This document shows, one piece after another, positions 13,152-23,652 of a stretch of 64,000 nt of DNA (its first letter is position 1; the number at the start of each line of letters is the position of its first letter). The position numbers and the translations under genes were made by a program. The notes under the pieces are model-generated. The model worked only from the letters and a program-made list of their open reading frames with translations. It did not search any database and was not told where the DNA came from. The stretch is from positions 52,044-116,043 of the forward strand of contig MU619319.1 of the NCBI GenBank assembly GCA_025201805.1, in the 5' to 3' direction. This DNA comes from Parasitella parasitica NRRL 2501 (taxonomy: Eukaryota; Fungi; Mucoromycota).

Positions 13152-14390
13152 TATACTGTATGGATGCAGGAGAAAAGAAAGAAGGGTGTGAGAATCCAAT
13201 CTTTGTAAAGCCATTTGTAATAAGTGGGGAAATTTGGGGTTGGACCAACTTTAAATCCTTCTTTATTCTACATATTCACGATGATGAAAAGTTCATTCAA
13301 CAATTACAAGTTGCCACTGCTTTTTTTACCTCTAGATAATAAATTTGATGAAAAAGATGGAGCTGGGGCATTTCTTGATGTTAGATTTCAATCTACCGTC
13401 ATTATTATTTATTGAAACAATATCTCTTGTAGTATTATAAACCTGCACAAGCGTAGCATTAAGCTATTTAGCTAGTTAAGCGTTTTATACCTTTTGATTT
13501 CTGTTCAGGGTAAAAACAATCTTCTTTTGTCAGTATCCAGATACAATTCATGATTTTGTCTTTCTAATAAAGCCCATTTATTAATTTTAAAAGGGAACAG
13601 AAGGGGATATACATGATCGAATTTTTTTCACATATGCCACGTTGACCACATCAAAATCTTTGGAGCCTGTGTGCACCTGTCCAGTTGTTTAAGAAAAACG
13701 AAAGTTGGTAAATGCTCTTGCTTGCTATTTTTAGAGACACTCAGCTGTATAATAAATAAAGGAACATAGTTGAATATGTGATACCTGTAATAAAAATCTT
13801 GAATGTTCCATGTCAAAAATTTATATCATAAAGTAAATCTGACTAAGAGTTACACTTTGTTATATAACGCATATTCAAACACAATCACTTAATCTCAGAT
13901 CGAAATCTCATTTTGAAATGTTAATGAAAGCTCAATTTACACTTATTTTGTGCTGCCATATTTATAAACGTCAAGAAAGTCAAGCAAACAGAAATAACGT
14001 GTGGCAATGCGAATGTTACGAAATAATTAATCCCTATACGTTCCAGTTTGCCATATAAGCTAAATTAAAATGCGCGGAAACACCTTGCAAAACTATTAAT
14101 AACGTGCAATTTGTGGTAGTCATTGTAACCAAGGTTACTCAATACAGTTTAGGTAAACTAAAGCGCTCAGTGTGCAGATTTTCGACTTCAAGGTGATTGC
14201 ATGGACTACATAAATTCAAGCTTTAATAACAAGGAAAAAAAAAACCTTAAAACAAGAGCATAGTATAAATAAAAGTGTATGTAAAATAGATGATAGGGTT
14301 ATACAGAAAGAAGAGACAAAAAACACAAAACATAAATTTGTTGCAAATGAGTGATAATTGGGGACAAGTGGGCGAAATAAATGTAATGAA

Positions 14391-16151
14391 TTAACGATAT
14401 TTAGAGTAATTGTTTTTTTCATGAATATTAGTATTTACTGCTACTAAAGACGGTGGAGGGGGTAATAACAATGGAAATAAAGAGGATTTGTTCATATGAG
14501 GATCTAAGTTGTCCATGATGGCCTTCAAAGGAGGTAATCGAGTCCCCCAATTCTGTGTTCCAGTGGCATTTTGATGCAACTCTATGATAGAGGAGGGTGG
14601 TGTGGGCAAGTCGTCTAAACTACTGCTGTCTCTGTGATAAGACTTAGTGTCGTAACATGTATGATATCTCGCTAATGAGGGGTCTTGGGGTAATTGTTTT
14701 GCCATGGAGGGTGGAGAGTCTGTAAAAAGACCAGCAGTTGTAATCATCTCAGGAGAGGAGCGCCTTGCGTTCGTTTCATTTATTATGGGCGGCAGGGATC
14801 GGCTGTGTGCATCTCTTTCGTTATAGCGATAGCCCCAAGATGCTGAGCGAGGAGTTGAGCTATTGGATGTAATATTTAGGGTAGCATTATAAATAGTGCT
14901 TTCTGGACTAGGGAATGCTTGAGCATGATCTTCAGGATATTGATATTTGAATTTACAAGCCATCCTTCGATATTCTGAGTCTTCAGGTAGAGTGGTTTTA
15001 CCAGTATTAGTAAGTATAGGTGGTGTGGCTAAGGAACAAGAGAGATTCTTAATTTGGTGAGGTGTAGTTGCTTGCCAGCGACCAAAGAATACATCTGAAG
15101 ACGAAGCAGATGGATCAGCATAAGTTGGAGATGAGGCAATTGTTTTCGAGTGTTTGGTATAATATCTTTTTGTTGGTTGAACATTCGGCTCATTCGTTAC
15201 AGGTGGAGTAAATGATGAATCTGTTTCGTTTTCATGTTTCCTCTTTCGTCTGGATAAATGGGCTTGTTTCAGAAATATTGGTTATTTTTCGTGCTTATAT
15301 CCATCTACTTACGATTGCAGTTGATGTTCCTTACGAATCCTCATTTTGACACCTTGATCAGAAAATGTCCTTGATAAAAAAGTCGCCTCAACAGGGCCAG
15401 GAAACTGCTTCGGGATGAACACAGTAAATGCATCTGATAGGATCGTTCGTTTGTTTTCAACCTGTCCTTCAGCAATTTCGAATAACGAGAACTTTAGCTT
15501 GAATTTGCCATCTTTTTTAACAGCAAGGTCGCCAAATACAAAGAAGCCGCCATCTATAAAAATATTAGCATTCGTCGTGATGAATCTAGTGTCGAATTTA
15601 CCTAAATTATCAATGTCTCGGAGACGGTGGAGCGAAGAGACTGTAGAACCCGACATGTATTCTTGCACCGGCAACAGGGGAGTATCAGGATCATTTTCAG
15701 TAACTAAATTAGCAACAGTAAAGTAAAAGGGGCTTTGAAGGCATTTTCTATTGATATGTCAGTGCTGCTCAACTATCAATTGATTGAGTAGAAAGCTGTT
15801 ACTTTAGTTCTTCTTCTGAGCAATTTTTCCAATAAAGTTGTAAGATAGGTGGGGGTTCAATAGGTCGTCGGTCTTGAATAGGACGATATGTAATCAGTTG
15901 AGTTGAATGGCGATTAAAATTTTTTATCTATGCCTATAAAGTACCTCTTTCATTAATCAAACTGACTTTGGCTCTTTTTGGTTGCTGTCTGATCTCAAGC
16001 TGATAATTCCTATCATGTTATCCTTGTGAGTAAAATGTTTTTACATGCAAAAAAAAAAAAAAGATATTTACGTTTGTACTGGGAGAGTTGAAAGCGAGCT
16101 TTCTATAAAACGATAGGTACATCCACTTGAATTATTGCTGGATAGAGACAT
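14391..16151 (-). CDS. Velvet-domain transcriptional regulator
   Basis: NYQLEIRQQPKRAK, DRRPIEPPPILQL, GSTVSSLHRLRD, GGFFVFGDLAVKKDGKFKLKFSLFE, SDAFTVFIPKQFPG, TFLSRTFSDQGVKMRIRKE, then a Pro/Ser-rich tail. Confidence 0.92.
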
Positions 16152-17498
16152 TATAACTAATTCATAGAGAGAGAGAGATGTTGAGAAAATTTCGAAGAGG
16201 AAGAAAAGAAGAATGGAAAAGGATGAGTTGGCCTGTCCTCAGATCCTTGGTATTTTATATCCAAAAAAGAGAGGGGTTTAAGTACAACAATTAGCTTTTT
16301 TAGCGATTGGGAAACCTTTTGTAGTGTTTGAACAACAGCAAATGCATGAGATGAATTCTATTTTAGGAGAAATTATCTCGAAAAATAAAATAATTTTACT
16401 TTATCTAGTAATTTGCCAAGACATTTTATCCGGGTTTATTTTATTAGTTGTGCATTTTACTACTAGATGATTTCATCAACAAAATACAGTTACACATTAT
16501 TGATCGTTACAATCAAGAGAAAATAAAAAGGGACACTCTTACAAGTAAAAAAATCGAACCTTTCATTAATTGAGATTGCTCTACATATATAATGATTATG
16601 ATGTATATATCTACTGGTAGTCAGTCCTCTCATTACCCACTTCTCCAAACTCCAGAATCTGGTATCCAAAAAAGAAGAAAAAGGCTATTTTTGGACTATA
16701 AAACGACCATTCAAAGAATTAAATCATAAAATCTTTCTGTAAAGTTGGTCTACTTTACTAGAAGTTGTTATTATATCTTTGTTTAATGAAATTGTATTAT
16801 GAAAATAGAAAAGCAAAATCTCAAGCTCGATTTCCTTTTGTTGATCGTAAAAGACGCAAATAATGCTCATTGTGTCACATAATGAATGTGGGACTAAAAT
16901 TTGTATTTTTCAGTAAAAGAAAAACAGAACTTGTTGGTGCTCCCATGTTTCACTTTAACAACTTTAGCTCATCTTCAGATTTAACTGATAATAAGATGAC
17001 AGATCAAAATGAAAATTGCCAAGAGATTAAATCATTAACATTTGGCATTTGGGGTTGCTTTGACGAGACTGATAATTAAAATACACTAAACTAGGTTAAA
17101 TTCCCTATATATGGCAATTAATTTGATTGATAAGTGGCGTATGCTGCAAAGCATTGCACGATATTAAATGTATATCTTATAAATCAGTGCATCACCCATA
17201 ATATATCTAGTTTTATTAGCTATGAAAAAAAAGCATACTTCTCAGCTTCATTTCATGATATACGTATAAGTTTTACTATCAACTTGATAGTATTATGCAG
17301 GAACATTGAGTCAAATCCGAAGCTTTATATACTAGCACGAAATGATAAAACGAAATTACGTACATTTGAATACATGTTTGGGCTAATTATGTAACGTTTA
17401 CTAACAACGCTGAAGCTCTTTATAACAGTAGGCTACAGAGAGTAGTTTGATAATCTAAATATAATGCAGATACAATATGGTATTTATTAAAATTTAAT

Positions 17499-18923
17499 CT
17501 AAAGTACAGCTATATACTCATCCTCCACTTCTTCTTCAATATCGCTATGACCACTACAGCTTACACGCTCCCATTCTTTTTGTTTGTATTTATCCAGCTT
17601 GTTCAGCATAGCCTCGGCACGTTTCACTAATGCTTTACGCTCATTTCGGATATGTTCATCGCCATCTGATTCAATCATATCAAGCCTCAAAAGTATCTTT
17701 ACAATCTGGTCTTCGTAACTCAAGAATTCTCGGTTTTCGGCAGTGGAGGCGGGAATAATATCAGGCGATGTAGAACGTCCATTTGGAGAGAAATCCAAGT
17801 TGACATGAAGAATGTGGTCTTCGCGTTGTTGACGAATGTCATCCAATTCTTGCTCGATACGACCAAGAGCTTCGAATTTGGCAATCTTGACAGGGTCTTC
17901 TTCAGGAAAATCGGAAATAAGCTCTTGGTCTGTGTTGATTAAAATGTCATTTACGAGGCAATGGAGTGATTTAGTGGGATTAACAAGCGCCGGTACCATT
18001 TCATCTTCTTCCATTGTAAATTCCTCATTTTCATGGTCATCTAAGTCGTCAAAAGTCGAGGTAGCTAATTTTTGGCCATATTCCTCCATGACATTGTTTT
18101 CTTTTGCGTTGTCATTATCTAATTCTTGAGCTTTCTTTGAGATATAATCCACAAAAGCGTCTAATGACATGGTTCTTTCAGAGATATTCCTGTCATGTGC
18201 ATCTTGCTCTTGCTCTTGCTCTTGCTCTTGCTCTTGCTCTTGCTCTTGCTCTTGCTCTTGCTCTTGCTCTTGCTCTTGCTCTTGCTCTTGCTCTTGCTCT
18301 TGCTCTTGTACATTTTCCTGGCCATTTTCTTGATCTGCTACTTCATCTTGTCGGTTGTTCTGCTCACCCTGCAAACCAAATATAAATCTAACAAGAGGTT
18401 TTAATTGCTCAAACACTTCATGTTCATCATCTTCAGAATCGGCGTCAGAGTCAAGAGCTTCTTCTTGTTCAGCATCTGAAGACGCTGTAAAGACGTTCCA
18501 AGGGTTAGCATATTCAGGAGTCTTGGTAGCTTGATGCTCTAAAGCCAGGGCGCGCAAATAATATTGCTGTTCACGCTCTTGCTGTTGTCTTTGCTCCAGC
18601 ATAGCATTATAAAACGCTTCTTGTTGACGACGGTGACGAGCCAATGCCTCTTCTTGTTGTCTTCTTTTTTTGGCAGCAAAATAAGCTTCAATAGCAAGTT
18701 CTTCTTGTTCACGATGACGCTTCAGTTCAGTCATGACTTGCAAATTGTAAAGAGCCTTTTCAAGACGTCGTTGTTCTTGCTGCTGTTTTTTGTAGAGCGA
18801 AGCCTGTTCAATCTGGGCTTGCTCTTGACGAAGTAATAATTGAAGTCGAACATAATCATCAACAGATAATTGAGAGCGACATTGGTGTTGTTGGTAAAAG
18901 GGCTGTTGGTAGAAATGAAACAT
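17499..18923 (-). CDS. BAG-domain Hsp70 co-chaperone with Q/E-rich coiled coil
   Basis: Single 474-aa ORF; C-terminal ENREFLSYEDQIVKILLRLDMIESDGDEHIRNERKALVKRAEAMLNKLD is a BAG three-helix signature. Confidence 0.85.
   Translation of the reverse strand: MFHFYQQPFYQQHQCRSQLSVDDYVRLQLLLRQEQAQIEQASLYKKQQQEQRRLEKALYNLQVMTELKRHREQEELAIEAYFAAKKRRQQEEALARHRRQQEAFYNAMLEQRQQQEREQQYYLRALALEHQATKTPEYANPWNVFTASSDAEQEEALDSDADSEDDEHEVFEQLKPLVRFIFGLQGEQNNRQDEVADQENGQENVQEQEQEQEQEQEQEQEQEQEQEQEQEQEQEQEQEQDAHDRNISERTMSLDAFVDYISKKAQELDNDNAKENNVMEEYGQKLATSTFDDLDDHENEEFTMEEDEMVPALVNPTKSLHCLVNDILINTDQELISDFPEEDPVKIAKFEALGRIEQELDDIRQQREDHILHVNLDFSPNGRSTSPDIIPASTAENREFLSYEDQIVKILLRLDMIESDGDEHIRNERKALVKRAEAMLNKLDKYKQKEWERVSCSGHSDIEEEVEDEYIAVL
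18202..18308. repeat. Perfect hexanucleotide microsatellite (TCTTGC)~18 encoding (QE)n in the BAG protein
   Basis: Seen directly in the sequence. Confidence 0.97.
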
Positions 18924-18980
18924 TTTGTTTGTAATTGGTAAAACGAAGTTAATCCTTGACTTGGCCCTGAAAATGACATT

Positions 18981-19113
18981 CTATTTATACCATATTTCAT
19001 AGAAAGTTCGCGCAGTTGCTAGGTAATCATACAAGCGGCTGACATATTTCTGGTGAATTCCAGTATTTTGTAAACCCTTCCAGCCAATCACCTATCAAGG
19101 AAGCATTCTAGAA
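18981..19113 (-). promoter_or_regulatory. TATA box and heat-shock-element-like motifs upstream of the BAG gene
   Basis: TATAAATA on the minus strand within 18981-18990; GAAagTTC at 19002-19009, TTC-n7-TTC at 19048-19060, TTCtaGAA at 19106-19113. Confidence 0.4.
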
Positions 19114-20680
19114 TCTGCCTGCACCTGCAAGAAAGATGCATTTCAATTTGTAAGATATTTTGGGAAAGAAAAAAAAAATACGAAGCCAATAGTAGTATGC
19201 AATTTGATAATTTGAAATGACCAAAATTACGTGTGTTATATTGGTACGGTATAGATGAGATTTGCAAACAATACTGTGAATTTTTGTATTCAAACGAGTA
19301 TCGGAGACTCGTTAGCACACTGCATAGTACAAAAACCTTGATTTATTACTGCGAGTTCTTCAAAAAATGAAAGTGAAACGACAGCTCTAATCTCAAATCT
19401 ATATAAAGTTGGTATTTTGTTAGATTTAGAGACTATTTCACTTCCACAAATATAAAAGCTTTAGAGTATATTGAGTTTATTTTAGTTAGTGTGCTCTTAT
19501 TTTACCAAAATTGCATATTATAAGTGTTTCTACACCAGAATAAAAAGAATAAAAAGTACCATCATAGGGCTTAATATATTACCTACAATTTATATTATAA
19601 TTGTTTTTGCATTCATTTAGCAAATTCATACTTTAATAATCTTTGGGTACTTTTTTTTCGCTAAAAAAATTTGTTTTTCGCTGATTTCAAATAAAAATTT
19701 AAACCACCATAACTAGCTTTTATATAGCTTAAAATTAAGAGTCTTTGTTAGAAATCTCCCATTCAGAACTTGTATTAGGGTTTAGATCATCTAAAAAGTG
19801 CAGTAAGTTTAAATATAAAGGCAAAAATACTAATGTGTATATTGTGAACTATACGTGTGAGCGATGGTCGCATATACATAAAATATATAAGCACATGAAA
19901 AAAAAAAAAAAGCTTAGAAATTTTCTTCACAGGCACTAATATACACAACAAATTTCTCTTTTTGTCAAGGTATTAATATGGTTTATTTGAGAACAAGCTT
20001 TATAATTATTACGACTAGTCGTGCTAATCTCTCCAATCCAACCGTGCAAAGAAAAACCATGTCTGTCATCATTTATGCCATTTCAATCGCCTTTAAATTA
20101 AGAAAACGTCAAGAGTTGACATGAAATAAGAATATTTGTATCACCCTCATGATACTTTGGTTACATCCCTGTATGCACTACCCCTTGACTTAAACAATTC
20201 CTCCTTATTTCCAATCAAAAAGAGATCCCGTTTTTTTGTTAATCTCAAAAACAAAACACTGCACAACAACGACGAGAAAAACAAGTTGCTGGCTAATAAC
20301 TTGTGTAGAAATTCATGTACGAAAAACGAAAAGAAAGGCTAGGAATGTTGCCTATGTATTATGGACTTCCTCCCCCTCTTTTTAGCTTGCTTCCCCTCCC
20401 CCTTGTTCTGCAAAATGGCAGCTTTATTTATTCCAACATGTGTTTGAAATCCGGCAGGTCTACACACAACTTCCAGTGATGATTGTATAAAAATGGAAGT
20501 TGTTACAGCATTAGTGATAACGGTTAGTGTGTATCTATACCACAGTTCGCAAAGTATTTATGTGTGTGTATCTGCAGAAGGAGCCGCACTAAAAAAGCAG
20601 ATTACACGCTCTTTTCACTTTACTTTCTCTTTTCTTTCTTTCTTCCTTTTTTATTTTCAACAACAAACAACACTGATAAA

Positions 20681-22385
20681 ATGAGAGAAATTATTCATGT
20701 TCAAGCTGGTAATGTAAAATTACACACGCTTGACTACAAACATACACTTACCTTTCTATTCTGTTTGACTAACAACCAAAGGCCAATGTGGTAATCAGGC
20801 AAGTTGTAATATAGCACAGATCAAGCAAAAAAAAAAACGTCATTTAACGTCAAATATATAGATTGGTCAAAAGTTTTGGGAGAGTATCAGTCAAGAACAT
20901 GGCATTGACTCAAACGGTGCATATGCAGGTGACAATGATTTACAGTTGGAACGTATCAATGTATATTACAATGAGGGCTCTGCTGGTAAATATGTCCCAA
21001 GGTAAAAAAAAAAGCTATAGAGATATCAATTACAGCAAATTAATGCAACATCTAATCATCTGAAAGCTTTAGTCGCTAAAATTCAACATCTGTGAGTAGA
21101 TTGTGGATTTATTGCATAAAAAAAAAAAGAAAAAAAAAAGCGTCGACGTGAAATGCAGCAAACAAACAAATGCCTAATCGTATGCACACTTCATCACCAT
21201 TATAGAGCTGTTCTTGTCGACCTCGAACCCGCTACAATGGACGCTATTCGTAGCAGCAAATATGGCAAGTTGTATCGTCCTGACAATTTCATCTTTGGCC
21301 AATCTGGTGCTGGTAACTCTTGGGCCAAAGGTTATTACACTGAAGGTGCCGAACTTGTTGAGTCTGTTTTGGACATCATCCGTAAAGAAGCTGAACACAC
21401 TGACTGTTTGCAAGGATTTCAATTATGTCACTCCTTGGGCGGTGGCACTGGCTCAGGCCTCGGATCTCTCTTGCTCTCTAAGATTCGTGAAGAGTATCCT
21501 GACCGTATGCTCTGCACTTATTCGGTTGTTCCATCCCCCAAGGTGTCTGATACCGTTGTTGAGCCTTATAACGCTGTGTTGACAGTGCATCAGCTGGTCG
21601 AAAACTGTGATGCCACCTTCTGTATTGATAACGAGGCTCTCTACGACATCTGCTTTAGAACCCTCAAACTGACAAATCCCAATTACGGCGACTTGAACCA
21701 ACTTGTCTCTGCTGTCATGTCTGGCGTCTCTACTAGTCTGCGTTTCCCAGGTCAATTAAACGGTGATTTGAGAAAAACATTTGTCAATATGGTCCCTTTC
21801 CCTCGTCTCCATTTCTTCATGGTCGGTTTTGCTCCATTAACTGCATTCGGATCTCAACAATATCGCAACTTGAGTGTCCCTGAATTAACTGCTCAAATGT
21901 TTGATGCCCGAAACATGATGGCCGCCTCTGACCCCCGCCATGGCCGCTACTTGACTGTAGCTACTATCTTCCGTGGTCGTTTGTCCACTAAAGAAGTCGA
22001 AAACCAAATGCTGGCCGTCCAACAAAAGAATTCCACATACTTTGTCGAATGGATCCCCAACAGTGTCAAAACATCTCTTTGTGACATTCCTCCTGTCGGA
22101 CTCAAGATGTCTGGTACCTTTATTGGTAACAGCACTGCCATCCAAGAGCTGTTCAAGCGCGTCAATGAGCAGTTTACAGCCATGTTTAGAAGAAAGGCTT
22201 TCATGCATTGGTATACTGGTGAAGGCATGGATGAAATGGAATTTACTGAGGCTGAATCCAACATGAATGATCTTGTATCTGAATACCAACAATACCAAGA
22301 AGCTACTGCCGACGATGAGCTTGAAGACGACGAAGAATACCTCGAAGAAGATGAAATGATTGAAGAAGACGACCATGAGGCTTAA
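20681..22385 (+). CDS. Beta-tubulin (4 exons, one GC-AG intron)
   Basis: [10 protein letters not shown]|QCGNQ|IGQKFWE...GKYVPR|AVLVDLEP...GGGTGSG...acidic tail. Confidence 0.98.
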
Positions 22386-22515
22386 AATCCCTTTCCTTTA
22401 AGTCAATCATATTGCAATAAATGAATCTATGCGTCTATGATACTTGGTTTTTATATATATATATATATACATGTATATGAATTAGATGGAAACAATTTAT
22501 TTTTTATATTTTAGC

Positions 22516-23652
22516 CTAATGTTGAAATGGCTTTAATATGGACCCCCAAAAACTGCCAAGTGATTGTTGCTGTGATGAAGGCTCCTCTGTATCTATTTGA
22601 TTGATCAACATGGCGTCTTGATCAACCATCTGATCGTCAATTATCATGTCTTCAAAATCAGATATAGCGTCATAAAATATTGTAGGCGAACTTTTTGTTG
22701 TATACGTTTCCATAGTAAACATGGTTTCTGATGCTGTTAGATCAGTATGGCTGACGATGCTGCCGCCAATGGAAGATGTTGCTGATGTTGTTGTTGAAGC
22801 TGTTAGAGATCGTCTTCTTCTGTTAATTTGACTTTGTGGTAAGTGCGCCACGTAGCTTTGATTTGGTAGTATAGAATGTTGACTAAGGTCCAGCTTTGAT
22901 GTCTTTACATCGCCATTTTGCACTGATTCTGCTGTAGCTGCGTCAGCTTGCTCGGTGGACTTTATAATGGATCTTGCAGCAGATACCAGCTTTCTCTTTC
23001 TGGTTGGAACGCCAATAACGATAGCTGGCTTCGTCTCATCTTTTGCGGGTATAATATTCACAGACGAAGCATGGTTTCTTGGAGATATTCTTGCAGCCAT
23101 GTTTCTTGTCGCTGCAGTATTCGATTCTAAATATTTGTCATAGATTTCGTCTCCGTTTTCTTCAAATTCTTGTGACGAAGACGATTTGGGAATAAGAACT
23201 CTTTGCGTATTCAGCTTTCTCTTCTTTTTTATTACAGGTGTTTTTTCAGGATGGGGTAAAGCAGACTTTGATGGAGAAAAAGGAGGTCTGGCTTTTTGTA
23301 CTTGCCTTTGCTTTTCTCTCTTTGCAATAGCTTCTTGTGCAGCGCGGATAGATCTCTTTGCTGGAGTTGGCATTGGCGTGGCTGGTTGTTGGGAGAAGAT
23401 GGTACTAGCAAGAGCAGTAGGAGGAGGCGAAGTGGAACTTGCTCTTTCATTAATAACGGATTTATCTACCGTAGGAGTATTAAGCTTTCTCTTTCTCTTT
23501 TTTTGAAATGTATTTAATGGGGGTGGGGATGAAGGTGGGAGTGGTCTTTCATTTTTTTCTTTTTGGACTGAGCGTGTTGCTGAAGATAGTAAACGTTTTC
23601 TTCGTTTGATTGTCGAATTAGGAGTACTTGTTATATTGTTTGCGGTAGACAT
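22516..23652 (-). CDS. Hypothetical basic, Ser/Pro-rich disordered protein with repeated KRKL motifs and a C-terminal FFAT-like motif
   Basis: Open ORF of about 378 aa from MSTANN; no globular domain recognised. Confidence 0.7.
   Translation of the reverse strand: MSTANNITSTPNSTIKRRKRLLSSATRSVQKEKNERPLPPSSPPPLNTFQKKRKRKLNTPTVDKSVINERASSTSPPPTALASTIFSQQPATPMPTPAKRSIRAAQEAIAKREKQRQVQKARPPFSPSKSALPHPEKTPVIKKKRKLNTQRVLIPKSSSSQEFEENGDEIYDKYLESNTAATRNMAARISPRNHASSVNIIPAKDETKPAIVIGVPTRKRKLVSAARSIIKSTEQADAATAESVQNGDVKTSKLDLSQHSILPNQSYVAHLPQSQINRRRRSLTASTTTSATSSIGGSIVSHTDLTASETMFTMETYTTKSSPTIFYDAISDFEDMIIDDQMVDQDAMLINQIDTEEPSSQQQSLGSFWGSILKPFQH

Noticed and set aside
18104-18404. Poly-(AL) and poly-L ORFs on the + strand
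   Set aside because: Alternative-frame readings of the hexamer microsatellite inside the BAG gene.
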